From contig NC_045697.1 in NCBI RefSeq assembly GCF_009834535.1, positions 102,798,001 to 102,862,000 of the forward strand: 64,000 nucleotides of DNA, read 5' to 3'. The stretch is from Camelus ferus. Its lineage: Eukaryota. Shown piece after piece: positions 55,801 through 64,000 of this stretch. A program made the position numbers and the translations under genes. Below the pieces are notes generated by a model that was not told the origin of the DNA, did not search any database, and worked only from the letters and a program-made list of their open reading frames with translations. Position 1 is the stretch's first letter. Every line of letters starts with the position of its first letter.

Positions 55801-56826
55801 AACGGTAGGAAACACACCAAGGCAGTAATGTGAAACTTCTGTCCAACTATTTCAACAGCTATTTTTCAATATAGGATCGGTTTTGGTGGCTGCATACCTA
55901 CCAACTACACAGTGTTATATAATACATAATAAGCTCTCTTACCAAAAAAAAAAAAAAAATCAGAAATACCCTCCCAAAAACTTTGTTAAAAGTGATTTTG
56001 TCCAGGGCCTAAAGAACCCCAGGTATATCCTTCCTACTAGCAACAACAAAACACTTTTTTAAGTCAAATATTTACAGTATACCTACAAAGCCTTGCAGAG
56101 CATTTAAAAGAAAAAAAGTGTGAAATCAACTCAAAGACAATTATTTTAAAACACACTATATTTTCAAAAGGCTGGCTTTCCCAAACTGCACATTTTCCCC
56201 CTCCTGATTCAGGTGGACATCGGCGGGACGGCTACCCCACATTCCAAAGTCCGGTAAGAGGAAAAAATCATGTTCCACGAGTCAAGCCCGGTGCACCACC
56301 TCCTCTAGTAAACATTTGGTTTACTGGTGTGAACGCTGTGCTTAAAAAACCAAGAGAGGATGAATGCGGAACAGGAGGAGGAAACAGCATTTCGCCAAGT
56401 CCCCAGCCATCAAGCAGGCTTCTCGGCAGGCCTCGCGGGCTGTCCTCCACTCGTCACCTCTTCACCAGGAGGGCCGACACCCGGTTCATGCACAGGTTTT
56501 TAAGTTTCGATTTAGAGCTACCAGACCCTGGGTAGCGTCCCGTTCCGGCGTGACAATGGGCCGCTGTGACGACAGCGGGGCCACGCGCAGCCCGGGACGT
56601 GGGCGGCCCGGCCGGCCGCCGCTTCCCACCCGGCCCCGCCGCCTCCCCCCGTCCCCCGCCCCATTACCTGCTCCGCCACGGCCCGGAACAGGCACGACCC
56701 GTCCTTGGCGACCAGTTTCCGATACAAGCCCAGTTTCCGCAGATAGGCGTCCATGGGCGTCGCGTCCTCGCGGGGCCCCGCGCCGCCCTGGTCGCCGCCG
56801 TCGGGGGCGCCGACGGCCGCCTCCAT
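21632..56826 (-). CDS. OTUD4: OTUD4 (OTU deubiquitinase 4), complete 21-exon CDS, ~1109 aa
   Basis: Starts MEAAVG; OTU catalytic KDGSCLFRA (Cys45) and SNGNHYD; acidic SDSEDD; RGG-rich C-terminus ending GHRGQHT*. Exon lengths sum to 3330 nt with consistent phases and GT-AG introns. Confidence 0.98.
23870..24010 (-). mobile_element. MIR SINE fragment
   Basis: aggctcagaga...tgcccagggccgcacagcta...gcagaactccaaacccag core. Confidence 0.6.
24279..24319 (-). CDS. OTUD4: OTUD4 exon 20 ([14 protein letters not shown])
   Basis: AG/GT boundaries, 41 nt. Confidence 0.92.
25323..25583 (-). CDS. OTUD4: OTUD4 exon 19 (GVPAPIP...EDLPK)
   Basis: AG/GT boundaries, 261 nt. Confidence 0.93.
26138..26276 (-). 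CDS. OTUD4: OTUD4 exon 18 (KPAEHVS...FGPT)
   Basis: AG/GT boundaries, 139 nt; tandem acceptor makes the 5' edge ambiguous by 3 nt. Confidence 0.88.
27235..27315 (-). CDS. OTUD4: OTUD4 exon 17 (NISNDK...PAEQ)
   Basis: AG/GT boundaries, 81 nt. Confidence 0.9.
27800..27855 (-). CDS. OTUD4: OTUD4 exon 16 (DSVHGH...GTLE)
   Basis: AG/GT boundaries, 56 nt. Confidence 0.88.
28143..28266 (-). CDS. OTUD4: OTUD4 exon 15 (SSAVSQ...ERKDK)
   Basis: AG/GT boundaries, 124 nt. Confidence 0.9.
30016..30178 (-). CDS. OTUD4: OTUD4 exon 14 (KPDRERV...FPALS)
   Basis: AG/GT boundaries, 163 nt. Confidence 0.93.
32580..32965 (+). mobile_element. MLT1 (MaLR) solo LTR
   Basis: taagatgaggtcatcctggag...gagccttcagagagagcacggccctgctgacaccttg...ctccagaactgcgagagaataa. 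Confidence 0.85.
33674..33797 (-). mobile_element. tRNA-derived SINE (camelid type) with TSD
   Basis: Reverse complement has A box (agctcagtggcagag), B box (ggttccatccc) and an A-rich tail; TSD cctcacttaatttct (33659) / cctcagttaatttct (33798). Confidence 0.85.
33839..34025 (-). CDS. OTUD4: OTUD4 exon 13 (DIDYRGP...SQII)
   Basis: AG/GT boundaries, 187 nt. Confidence 0.92.
34126..34226 (-). CDS. OTUD4: OTUD4 exon 12 (HSPKNLK...NFHS)
   Basis: AG/GT boundaries, 101 nt. Confidence 0.9.
35263..35357 (-). CDS. OTUD4: OTUD4 exon 11 (VRLDHNG...EELGK)
   Basis: AG/GT boundaries, 95 nt. Confidence 0.92.
35610..35770 (+). mobile_element. MIR SINE fragment
   Basis: tgaccttgaccaagtt...cttcagtgtcctcagatacaagatgggactaataatagtacctac. 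Confidence 0.7.
36092..36232 (+). mobile_element. MER2-like Tigger MITE
   Basis: cagtc...gtgggggactgggttccaggacccc...ggccgactg with CAGTC/GACTG termini. Confidence 0.7.
37120..37315 (-). mobile_element. MER20 (hAT-Charlie) element
   Basis: Reverse-orientation match to the copy at 42254. Confidence 0.65.
37784..37848 (-). CDS. OTUD4: OTUD4 exon 10 (AQQKHDY...DKCQ)
   Basis: AG/GT boundaries, 65 nt. Confidence 0.92.
37943..38060 (-). CDS. OTUD4: OTUD4 exon 9 (HPKNNG...WLKSKQ)
   Basis: AG/GT boundaries, 118 nt. Confidence 0.92.
38312..38369 (-). CDS. OTUD4: OTUD4 exon 8 ([19 protein letters not shown])
   Basis: AG/GT boundaries, 58 nt, phase fits. Confidence 0.88.
40120..40345 (-). mobile_element. 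MIR SINE
   Basis: tatctcatttaattctcaca...aagtaacttg...aggactgaaaccagg...gctcttacccactac. Confidence 0.75.
40889..41021 (-). CDS. OTUD4: OTUD4 exon 7 (LLYELLYEK...SDSEDDSY)
   Basis: AG/GT boundaries, 133 nt. Confidence 0.93.
41414..41560 (+). mobile_element. tRNA-derived SINE (camelid type)
   Basis: ggggggaggagtagctgaggggtagaa...gagttcaatccccc...aataaataaa...cctaatcacctctcccc followed by poly(A). Confidence 0.85.
42254..42468 (+). mobile_element. MER20 (hAT-Charlie) element
   Basis: cagtgattctcaac...tttggcaaaatctggagacatt...gtgccaaggttaagaaaccctg. Confidence 0.85.
42811..42892 (-). CDS. OTUD4: OTUD4 exon 6 ([12 protein letters not shown]...)
   Basis: AG/GT boundaries, 82 nt, catalytic His. 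Confidence 0.93.
43939..44011 (-). CDS. OTUD4: OTUD4 exon 5 ([10 protein letters not shown]...FPEK)
   Basis: AG/GT boundaries, 73 nt. Confidence 0.93.
44703..44749 (-). CDS. OTUD4: OTUD4 exon 4 ([15 protein letters not shown])
   Basis: AG/GT boundaries, 47 nt. Confidence 0.93.
46520..47450 (+). mobile_element. Old L1 (L1M) 3' fragment
   Basis: atggcaaataagcat...aatgcaaaatggcacagccactttggaaaacag...tgacccagcaat...atggataaacaaaatgt. Confidence 0.85.
49883..49933 (-). CDS. OTUD4: OTUD4 exon 3 ([17 protein letters not shown])
   Basis: AG/GT boundaries, 51 nt. Confidence 0.93.
52404..52487 (-). CDS. OTUD4: OTUD4 exon 2 (VLHSQSRH...EKFEE)
   Basis: AG/GT boundaries, 84 nt. Confidence 0.93.
56668..56826 (-). 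CDS. OTUD4: OTUD4 coding exon 1 (MEAAVG...AVAEQ)
   Basis: aacATGg Kozak context; |gtaatg donor; 159 nt. Confidence 0.95.
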
Positions 56827-56941
56827 GTTGCCGGTCGCGCTGCAGGCCCGGCGTGGCGCGGGCTAGCCCCACATGGCCTCGCCGCCGGCTCCTCGACGCC
56901 CCGGCCTGGGACGGGCGGCGGCTCGGGCGCGGCGGACGGCA

Positions 56942-56962
56942 GGCGGCGGCGGCGGCGGCGGC
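56942..56962. repeat. (GGC)7 trinucleotide repeat in the OTUD4 leader
   Basis: Direct reading. Confidence 0.9.
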
Positions 56963-58984
56963 CCGAGGCAGCGGTCCGCGCGCATAGGGGAACCCTGCCT
57001 AGTGCATGGCCGTGCGCACGCGGCCGCCTCCCGAGGGACCACGCGCCCAGGGGCGCCGAGGGGAAAATTCACGGAAACCCGAGAGCGAGGAGTCACTTCC
57101 CGGCGGCCTTGCCGCCCGGCTCAGCAACTGCGCGGGGGGTCGCCGCCCCCACAAGTTTCCTCGTCCCGACCCGGCTGAGGCGAGGAAACCCCCGCGGCCC
57201 GAGCGCGCGGGGCCGGCTCAGGTGAAAGGAGGCCTGCGGCCCCCGCGCGGCACCCACACCGGCAGCCGAGGAAGCCGAAAGAGAAAGACGCGGCCTTTCG
57301 TCTCCGAACCTCGCAGGAGGGCGCCGGAGGGGCGGGGAGGGGGTGGGGGCGCCCGGCGGAGGGCAGCACCCTCGCAGCCCAGAATTTGTTTTCGCTTTCG
57401 GCCCGACAGCGGAGAGGACGGCGGGAGGTGTAGTTTGGGCAGCGGCAGGAAGTCGGCCTGCGGCGGGCGGGGACGCGCGGCCGGCCTACCCGGGGGAGGC
57501 GCCCGCGAGGCACGCGAACTACAAGTCCCTACAGCGCGGGCGCCGAGGCCGCCACCGCCCGGAGCCAGCTTCGCGCTTCCCGGGCACCGCGTCCGCGAGC
57601 AGGCCGAGGGTCTCCGCCAGCCGACGCGCGGCGACCTGCGCGCGCCGCCCCGCCCGCCGCCCACTGCGCCGCGGGGCCGCGGGAAGTGCGCGCGCCCAGC
57701 GTGCGCGGAGTTGCCAGGGACACGGAGGCCGCTGGGTCGGCCCTTTGTGTATTTCCAAACAGAGGGCGCACCTGTCTGCTCCCCTCCCCCCCGGCCTCTT
57801 CTCCTGGCGTTTCCATGGAGGTGGCTTTAACGGCTTAAGCAGAAAATAGAGCTAATTGGCGAAGGCTCCTGGAACTGGCACCGTGCAGAGCGACACAGGC
57901 TGTCCATAAATCAGCCGTGAACTGCTGATTCCTATTAGAGATGAGAAGTACAGCTCACGCGCTGTGGCAAGACGATGCTTTTGCCGCAGGCATTTTGGTT
58001 TACCCTGCCCCTATATCTGCCCACCCCAACACAAAGAGGAGTCGCTGGTGGTGAAAAGATTTTTTTTTTCTTAAAAACTCATCTTGTAATTGCCTGATAA
58101 CGTGCTGGACTTGCCCTGGATTCCAGCAATGCTTACTGGAGCCTTCCTGCTCAACTTCCCACCCTCTGAAGTGGAATGACAATTTTTGCTTTAGATCCCA
58201 GAATTTATCAGTATGTTTTTGTGACACCAGAATTTTATTTTGCTAAGTACAACAGCATCCGGTGTCCTAATCATTTAAGTACGCGATTAATCGTAAAATC
58301 TACTACAGTCTTGAGGCCGTGGTGTGTCAGGAGAATACTGGGGCGGGGGGCGGGGGGGGGACTGGAGAGTTTAGACATGTGATCAAATAGACTCTGGAAT
58401 GGGGTCAAGGCTGACTCTCACCTGATGGTGAGAGCCCAGTGCAAATTACTGAAAACTCTGTTTTAGTAATTTGTTTTCAGTACTTGCTGCAGACAATTAA
58501 TGACTCATACAGTCTCTTTGGAGCTTCTAATTTTGATTTCTTAATGTTTAAAGAGTTTATCTCCAACTGTGCTGTTTTTAGAGAATACAAAAGTTACTGT
58601 GACCTGAATGAGTTTTCTTGTCCCAGTAGTAAATTTTGTACATTTTGTAAAGAAATGAACACTTTGGAATCACTTTTAGAAAACTCTAGTTGCAAGTCAA
58701 AAGAAAAATTGCTTTTCTTTCTTTAAAAATATATACTTTATATATATTTCTCATTACACTGAAAAAGAATTTACCCAGTATTGCCACCTCTTACAACATG
58801 GCTTGCTTTTTTTGTGGTTTTTTTTAAAACATGGCTTGCCGTTTAAACCCACAGAGGAATTGAAAGTAAAGTAGTACTTAAGCTGTAGAGATTAAATACT
58901 GAATTCCTAAAATGAGCGGATTCTGTAGTATTAGTTTTATAATTAGTTTTATAAGCAGCAGACTTTTTTCTCTCAAATAAATCT

Positions 58985-59095
58985 TTTTTTTTTTTTTTTT
59001 TACTTTTTATTGAAGTATAGTCAATTTACAATGTTAGTTTCAGGTGTACAGCAAAGCTACTCAGTTATACATATACATACATACATACATATTTT
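58985..59095 (-). mobile_element. L1 extreme 3' end with poly(A) tail
   Basis: poly(T) then tattgaagtatagtcaatttacaatgttagtttcaggtgtacagcaaag. Confidence 0.75.
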
Positions 59096-59736
59096 TTCAC
59101 TTTCTTTTCCATTACCAAGCAGCACACTTTCTAATGTGCCAAAAGAAAACTATGCCTTTCCTAACATTTATGTAATATTCCTTCAAGAAGCATTTCTGAA
59201 GCTAACCTCATATTCAGTATGTATTTATGGGAAATCTACTGTATATATAATGCTAAGATTGCATTGCTAATTATCTTGAGGATATATTAGAAACATTTCC
59301 AAGGCCTTCAGTTTGAAAATTTATCAGGATTTATTTTGAAATTGAAATGTTCATAATTACATTGCTTTAATTTTCTAAAAGTGTCATTCAAATAAAAGTT
59401 TTGCTCACTTTTTATGTGCACAATGATTTCATTTTGAGTGGCTAATAGTGTTTCAAGCATATTTTTTATTTTCAAGCCTTATCCATATTTTAACCTGATT
59501 TAAATATGCTTACATATATATTTTTTAATTTAAAAAAATCACCATTTTCCAAAGTCTCAAAAATCCTTTGAAACACTTTGAAAAGGAAACCAATACATCA
59601 TTAATTCTACACTGTCTTTATTTTCTGTTGCAAAAAATGTAGCTCACTAACAATAGTATAAACAATATAAGAGTGGGTAAGATCATTTAAATACGTATTC
59701 TAGCATAGAACCTGACACTGAGGTTGCCTTTCGGTA

Positions 59737-59871
59737 TTTTTTAATTTTTTAATTTTGTATTTTGGTGGGAGGAGGTAGTCAGGTTAATTTATTCTTAGAG
59801 GAGGTACTGGGGCTTAAACGCCCCCATGCATGCTAAGCATGCACTCTACACTTGAGCTATACTCTCCCCCC
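59737..59871 (-). mobile_element. tRNA-derived SINE (camelid type)
   Basis: Reverse complement ggggagagtatagctcaagtgtagagtgcatgcttagcatgca...ccccagtacctcc; similar to the other two copies. Confidence 0.85.
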
Positions 59872-60629
59872 AACTTTTGTTATTTTTTAAGTGAATTATT
59901 AAATACTAAGAAAACAGAAGACTTTCTAGAATTCATCACAATTCTATGTTATCTTGTCAAAATGTGGCTTATTATCAGAAATATTAGAAGAATAACACAT
60001 TTTCGGTGTTTTCCACACTTGCTGTCGTGGCAAAATTACTATCTTCACTCCTGCTGCATGAGTGAAGAACAGCCTCACTCTAAACTGGCTGCTTCTGGTT
60101 CCAAAATTAGAAGTAAAACACCTGTTGTATTTGACCCCAGGCCTGTTTAAGGAAATCCTTTAGGTATTTTGAGACCTAATCCAAGACAGACCCTCTGTAT
60201 GCCAAATCCCCAAATATAGCTCACTGTTCAGGCAACGTTAAAAGATCCTACGACTTTAAACTGGACCAATACTTACAGAAACTCACTTGCTTTCAAAGGA
60301 CCTTTACTTCTTAACATTAACCTCTGAAACTTTTCAAGAAACCACATCTGACTGAAAACGTTCACTCTGAGGAAGCCATATCTGATGAGCAAAAGTGAAG
60401 AACTCTTTAAACAGACGTTTGAATCAAATAAAACTTGGAAGATTCAATGCTCCTGAGAACCTAACAAAATTAAACAAATTCATCCTACGCAAATATGTCA
60501 ACTTTTTTTTTCTTGTACACAGACTGTTTGCTCTGACAAACTTTGAAGCTAATAATTGGATGGAATTCTTTTTTTTTTAAAGAATGATAGATTTTCTGCA
60601 TTTGTTTTTTTCCAATAAGAGGTTAGGTA

Positions 60630-61182
60630 CTATGGTGGCCAGCCTCTAAGATGGGCTCCAAAGATCTCCAACAGGTGGTGTTCACACTCTTGTATAATTG
60701 CCTCCACCTACAGGGTGACAGGTCTGCGAAGATTGGTTGCATGATCTGCGTGACTAGAGCAAAAATGATGCTATGTCCCCGCTGAGATTAGATTATAAGA
60801 GACACTTTTGCATTTTGATTGTTCTCTTACACTCCCTCTCGTAGAAGCTGGTTGCTGTGGATCCTGAGCAGACTTACGGAGCGGTCCTCTTGGTAGGGAA
60901 CTGGAGCCCTAGCCAACCACCATGTGAGTCAGCTTTGAAGTGAGTCCTCCAACCCAGTCAGGCTTTCAGATGACTGCAACCCTGGCTGAAATCTTAACAG
61001 CAACCTCATGAGAACCCTGAGCCAGAACCATCCAGCCAAGCAAGCACTGAGATTCTTAATTCTGAGATTCTGAGATTCTGAGAATCTTGACCTCAGTAAC
61101 TGTGTGAGATAATAAATGTTTGCTGTATTAAGCCCCTAAATTTTGGAATAATTTTTTACACAACTATTGGTAAACAGATACA
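60630..61182 (+). mobile_element. MLT1 (MaLR) solo LTR
   Basis: tggtggccagcctctaagatgg...gtgagataataaatgtttgctg...aacagataca. Confidence 0.8.
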
Positions 61183-61519
61183 ATGCTCTGTTGTTTCTCT
61201 TTACTGGGTTGACACAAAATGTATCTTAATAATTCATGAAAGTAACCACAAATTGAATATCCTTAGTGGTTTTAATAGTTCTCTAAGTTACCAGTAAGTG
61301 GAATTTTTTTAAATTTATAAAATCCTTTACAATAAGAGAAAAACCTAAGAATGTCAGGGCTTTATTGCCACATAGCATTTTGATTTGTTTTCTATAAAAA
61401 TTCAAGAAATTTAATCCTACAAAAAAAAAAACCTATTTATATGAAGAAAGACCTATTTCTTTCAGATCCTATGCGCTGGAGACTACTAACTGTCCTCCAC
61501 TTTGCATTCGACACTCCTA

Positions 61520-61915
61520 AATATTGTGCAGGGTGGCCATGCACAGGTTTCCCTGCCTACGTTGGCACTAAATGTGACCACGTGACTAGTTGAGGCCAAT
61601 GACATGTGAGCAGAATTCATGAGCTTAACTTCCAGGTCATCTCCTTAAAGACGAAGCCCTCTGCCCACTACAGTCTTTCCTGTTTCCCAAGGACTCATTT
61701 GAAGACATGATTGAAACTAAGCCAGCATTGATGATACAAAGACAACACCCTAAGAGATAACAGAGCAAGAAGATGAAGGAAACAGCGTCCCTGAATGCTT
61801 CATAGCCTGAAGGCTTGAATCACTCACATCCAGACTACTTTGTGAGAGAAAAATAAACTCATTTAACCAACCATTTTCTGTTGTTGTTCTTTTACAACTG
61901 GTCTATGTATTCTAG
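61520..61915 (+). mobile_element. Old MLT1-like LTR fragment
   Basis: ccacgtgactagttgaggccaatgacatgtgagcagaa...gtgagagaaaaataaactc. Confidence 0.55.
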
Positions 61916-62889
61916 CATATTTTTCTTCCAATATTAAATAGGTAGTGGTATTTGGGGCCAAATGAAATTTATTTACAAATTTAGTTGCACAGAGCATAAC
62001 ATTTTTGGGGGGGGAAGTTCAGAAAATTTTTTTCCTGAAATTTTGTTAATCCGAAATGTTAAAGGACTTCCAAAAAGATTTTCTGATGTTATTTCAACAA
62101 ATGACTTTCTTCATCACCAATTCACATTCTCCTTCAGCTGCGACGTTGGCACTGCTGACTACCTCCTCATTTTGAAACTCTCCTGGGCTTGGGGGATGAA
62201 CTGAGTAAGTTCTAAACCCCAGAGCTCAGACTGTAGCCCTGACACCCTGTCACAAGTGTGATTGGAGACATCAGACTATGGTTTAGATTCTTACAGCAGC
62301 TGTCACTTCCTTGTGAGGTAAGCCCATGGACATGCCCAGGCTGGACAGACTAAAAACCTCACAATAGACTGAGACTCAACACTAAGGGCTACTCAGAGTC
62401 CATCATCCCTGCAAATAAACCCCCACGTATTTCCAGCCTTGTACCCCTCCTTCCACTACCACCTCTCAATCCCCACCTGGACCGAAACAAACTCACAAAG
62501 TCGCCTTACAAGGAATTTACTTTAGGTCCACAGTGTGGGATTGTGAACTCTTTGTAGGCTTGTAGAATTTAAGATGATTTTCTGTTTCCCAAGGGTTTAA
62601 GAGTGTATCTGGTTTGCATATTCAGGTTAGCAATTCAATAAATATTCGTTAAATATTTTCACGTATTTCTAATAAACCCCTCAACAAGAAAGATATTTAG
62701 AATGAAAATTTATAATTATGGAACCTGTAGTTGAGACCTAAATATTTGGCCAAGACTATGTGTCAGGTTATACATCATATTTTTCCTTATAAACAAAGAA
62801 TTGAAGGTAATCTAAATGTTCCACAATAGAAAACTGATTAAAGACATTTTAATATGCACATACAATTAGAATACTATTGAGGCGTTTAA

Positions 62890-62937
62890 TGTGTGTATGT
62901 GTCTGTGTGTGTGTGTGTGTGCCCGTGTGTGTGTGTA
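62890..62937. repeat. Interrupted (TG)n microsatellite
   Basis: Direct reading. Confidence 0.9.
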
Positions 62938-63024
62938 TTTATCACAATTACCCAAAGAACTCCTTAAAACCACATTTAAACCAAGATGACTCACATTTTT
63001 TTCTGTTTCAAACCTTTTTTTTTT

Positions 63025-63490
63025 TAAGAGATTGGTACATTTAGTTCAATCATAAACCCACGTTGATACATCATAATCACCCAAAGGCCATAATTTACAT
63101 GACAGTTCACTCTCAGTGCTGTACCTTCTATGGGTTCTGACCAATGGATGCTAACATGTATACATTATTATGGCATCACACAGAGTATTTTTACTGTCTT
63201 AAAATTCTCTGTGCTGTGCTTATTCGTCCCTTCTTCTGTCTCCCCATGACCTATGGTAATCACTGCTCTTTTTATTCTCTACAAAGTTACCCCCTTTCCA
63301 GAATGTTGTATAGTTGGAATCATACAGTATATAGCCGTTCCATATTGGCTTCTTTCACTTAGTCATATGCACTTAAGGTTCCCTCACATCTTTTCTTGGC
63401 TTGATAAATCACTTCTTTGTAGCTCTGAGTAATATTCCATTGTCTGTATGCACCATAGTTTATCCATTCACCTACTGAAGGTCATCAAGA
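63025..63490 (-). mobile_element. Old L1 (L1MA/MB-type) 3' UTR fragment
   Basis: gttggaatcatacagtat...ttggcttctttcacttag...taatattccattgt...tttatccattcacctactgaagg. Confidence 0.8.
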
Positions 63491-63956
63491 TGACTGATTT
63501 TGAAGGGAGAGGGTGGGATAGATAAATCAAAGATTAGACTATGAGATAATTATTGTTGAAATTAGCTGATGTGTATTTGAGTGTTTATTATACTATTTCT
63601 TCCACTTTGTACATATTTGAAAATTTTCTATGATAAAAAAGCTTAGGTTTTTGAATCCCACTCCAAGTTTCTTGAATCAGAATAACAAGGGGTAGGGCAG
63701 AGGAATCTGAGGTTTAAAAGTCTCCCCAGGTGGTTCTGAAGATCAGCCAGCATTTCTGGGAACATCTGAACATTGAGATGGCAGCACGGGGGCAGGGCAT
63801 ATCATCTAAGAAAAGGAAATCATGGGTTTTTTAATTAATGTGAGAGTAGGAAATAGATACCTGACCTTTATTCCAGGTCCATAATCCCTGTTCTAGATCA
63901 TCACAAAAAATTCTTCAAGATTGCAATCTTTATGATACACTCATTGTTTTATACAA

Positions 63957-64000
63957 CAGGCATACCCCGGAGATACTGTGGGTTGGTTCCAGACCATTAC
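63957..64000 (-). mobile_element. Tigger1 terminus, runs off the window
   Basis: caggcataccccggagatactgtgggttggttccagacca matches the Tigger1 TIR end as I recall it. Confidence 0.75.

Larger units (their letters stand above)
56200..57850. promoter_or_regulatory. CpG island, OTUD4 promoter and 5' leader
   Basis: Very high GC and CpG density around exon 1; GC boxes, ETS-like GGAAGT, NRF1-like GCGCACGC, two ACTACAnnTCCC motifs. Confidence 0.92.

Noticed and set aside
56364..57849. Several long overlapping ORFs (130-274 aa) on both strands
   Set aside because: Low-complexity Arg/Gly/Pro/Ala translations expected from stop-poor CpG-island DNA; only OTUD4 exon 1 is supported.
61055..61090. Short 8-bp tandem repeat (ttctgaga)x3
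   Set aside because: Local slippage inside an MLT1 LTR; no spacers, so not CRISPR-like.

Overview
Mammalian genomic DNA, probably from a camelid judging by its tRNA-derived SINEs. It holds two convergent protein-coding genes. The 3' half of ABCE1 is on the + strand: nine coding exons from 1389 to the stop at 12744, with a 3' UTR to about 14.37 kb. The complete OTUD4 gene is on the - strand: 21 coding exons from the ATG at 56826 to the TGA at 21632, which I sum to 3330 nt or 1109 aa. OTUD4 also has a ~3.8 kb 3' UTR and a CpG-island promoter near 56.2-57.85 kb. The most notable structure is an apparently full-length but decayed piggyBac transposon (5810-8127) in an ABCE1 intron, in sense orientation. 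It has TTAA target-site duplications, terminal and subterminal inverted repeats, and a frameshifted transposase. Its left end carries a branch point, splice acceptors, a donor and a poly(A) signal, so it could act as a cryptic terminal or poison exon of ABCE1. The OTUD4 leader contains several upstream ATGs. The rest is ordinary interspersed repeats (L1, MIR, MER20, Tigger/MER2, MLT1, SINEs). All calls were made by eye, and repeat subfamily names and boundaries are approximate.
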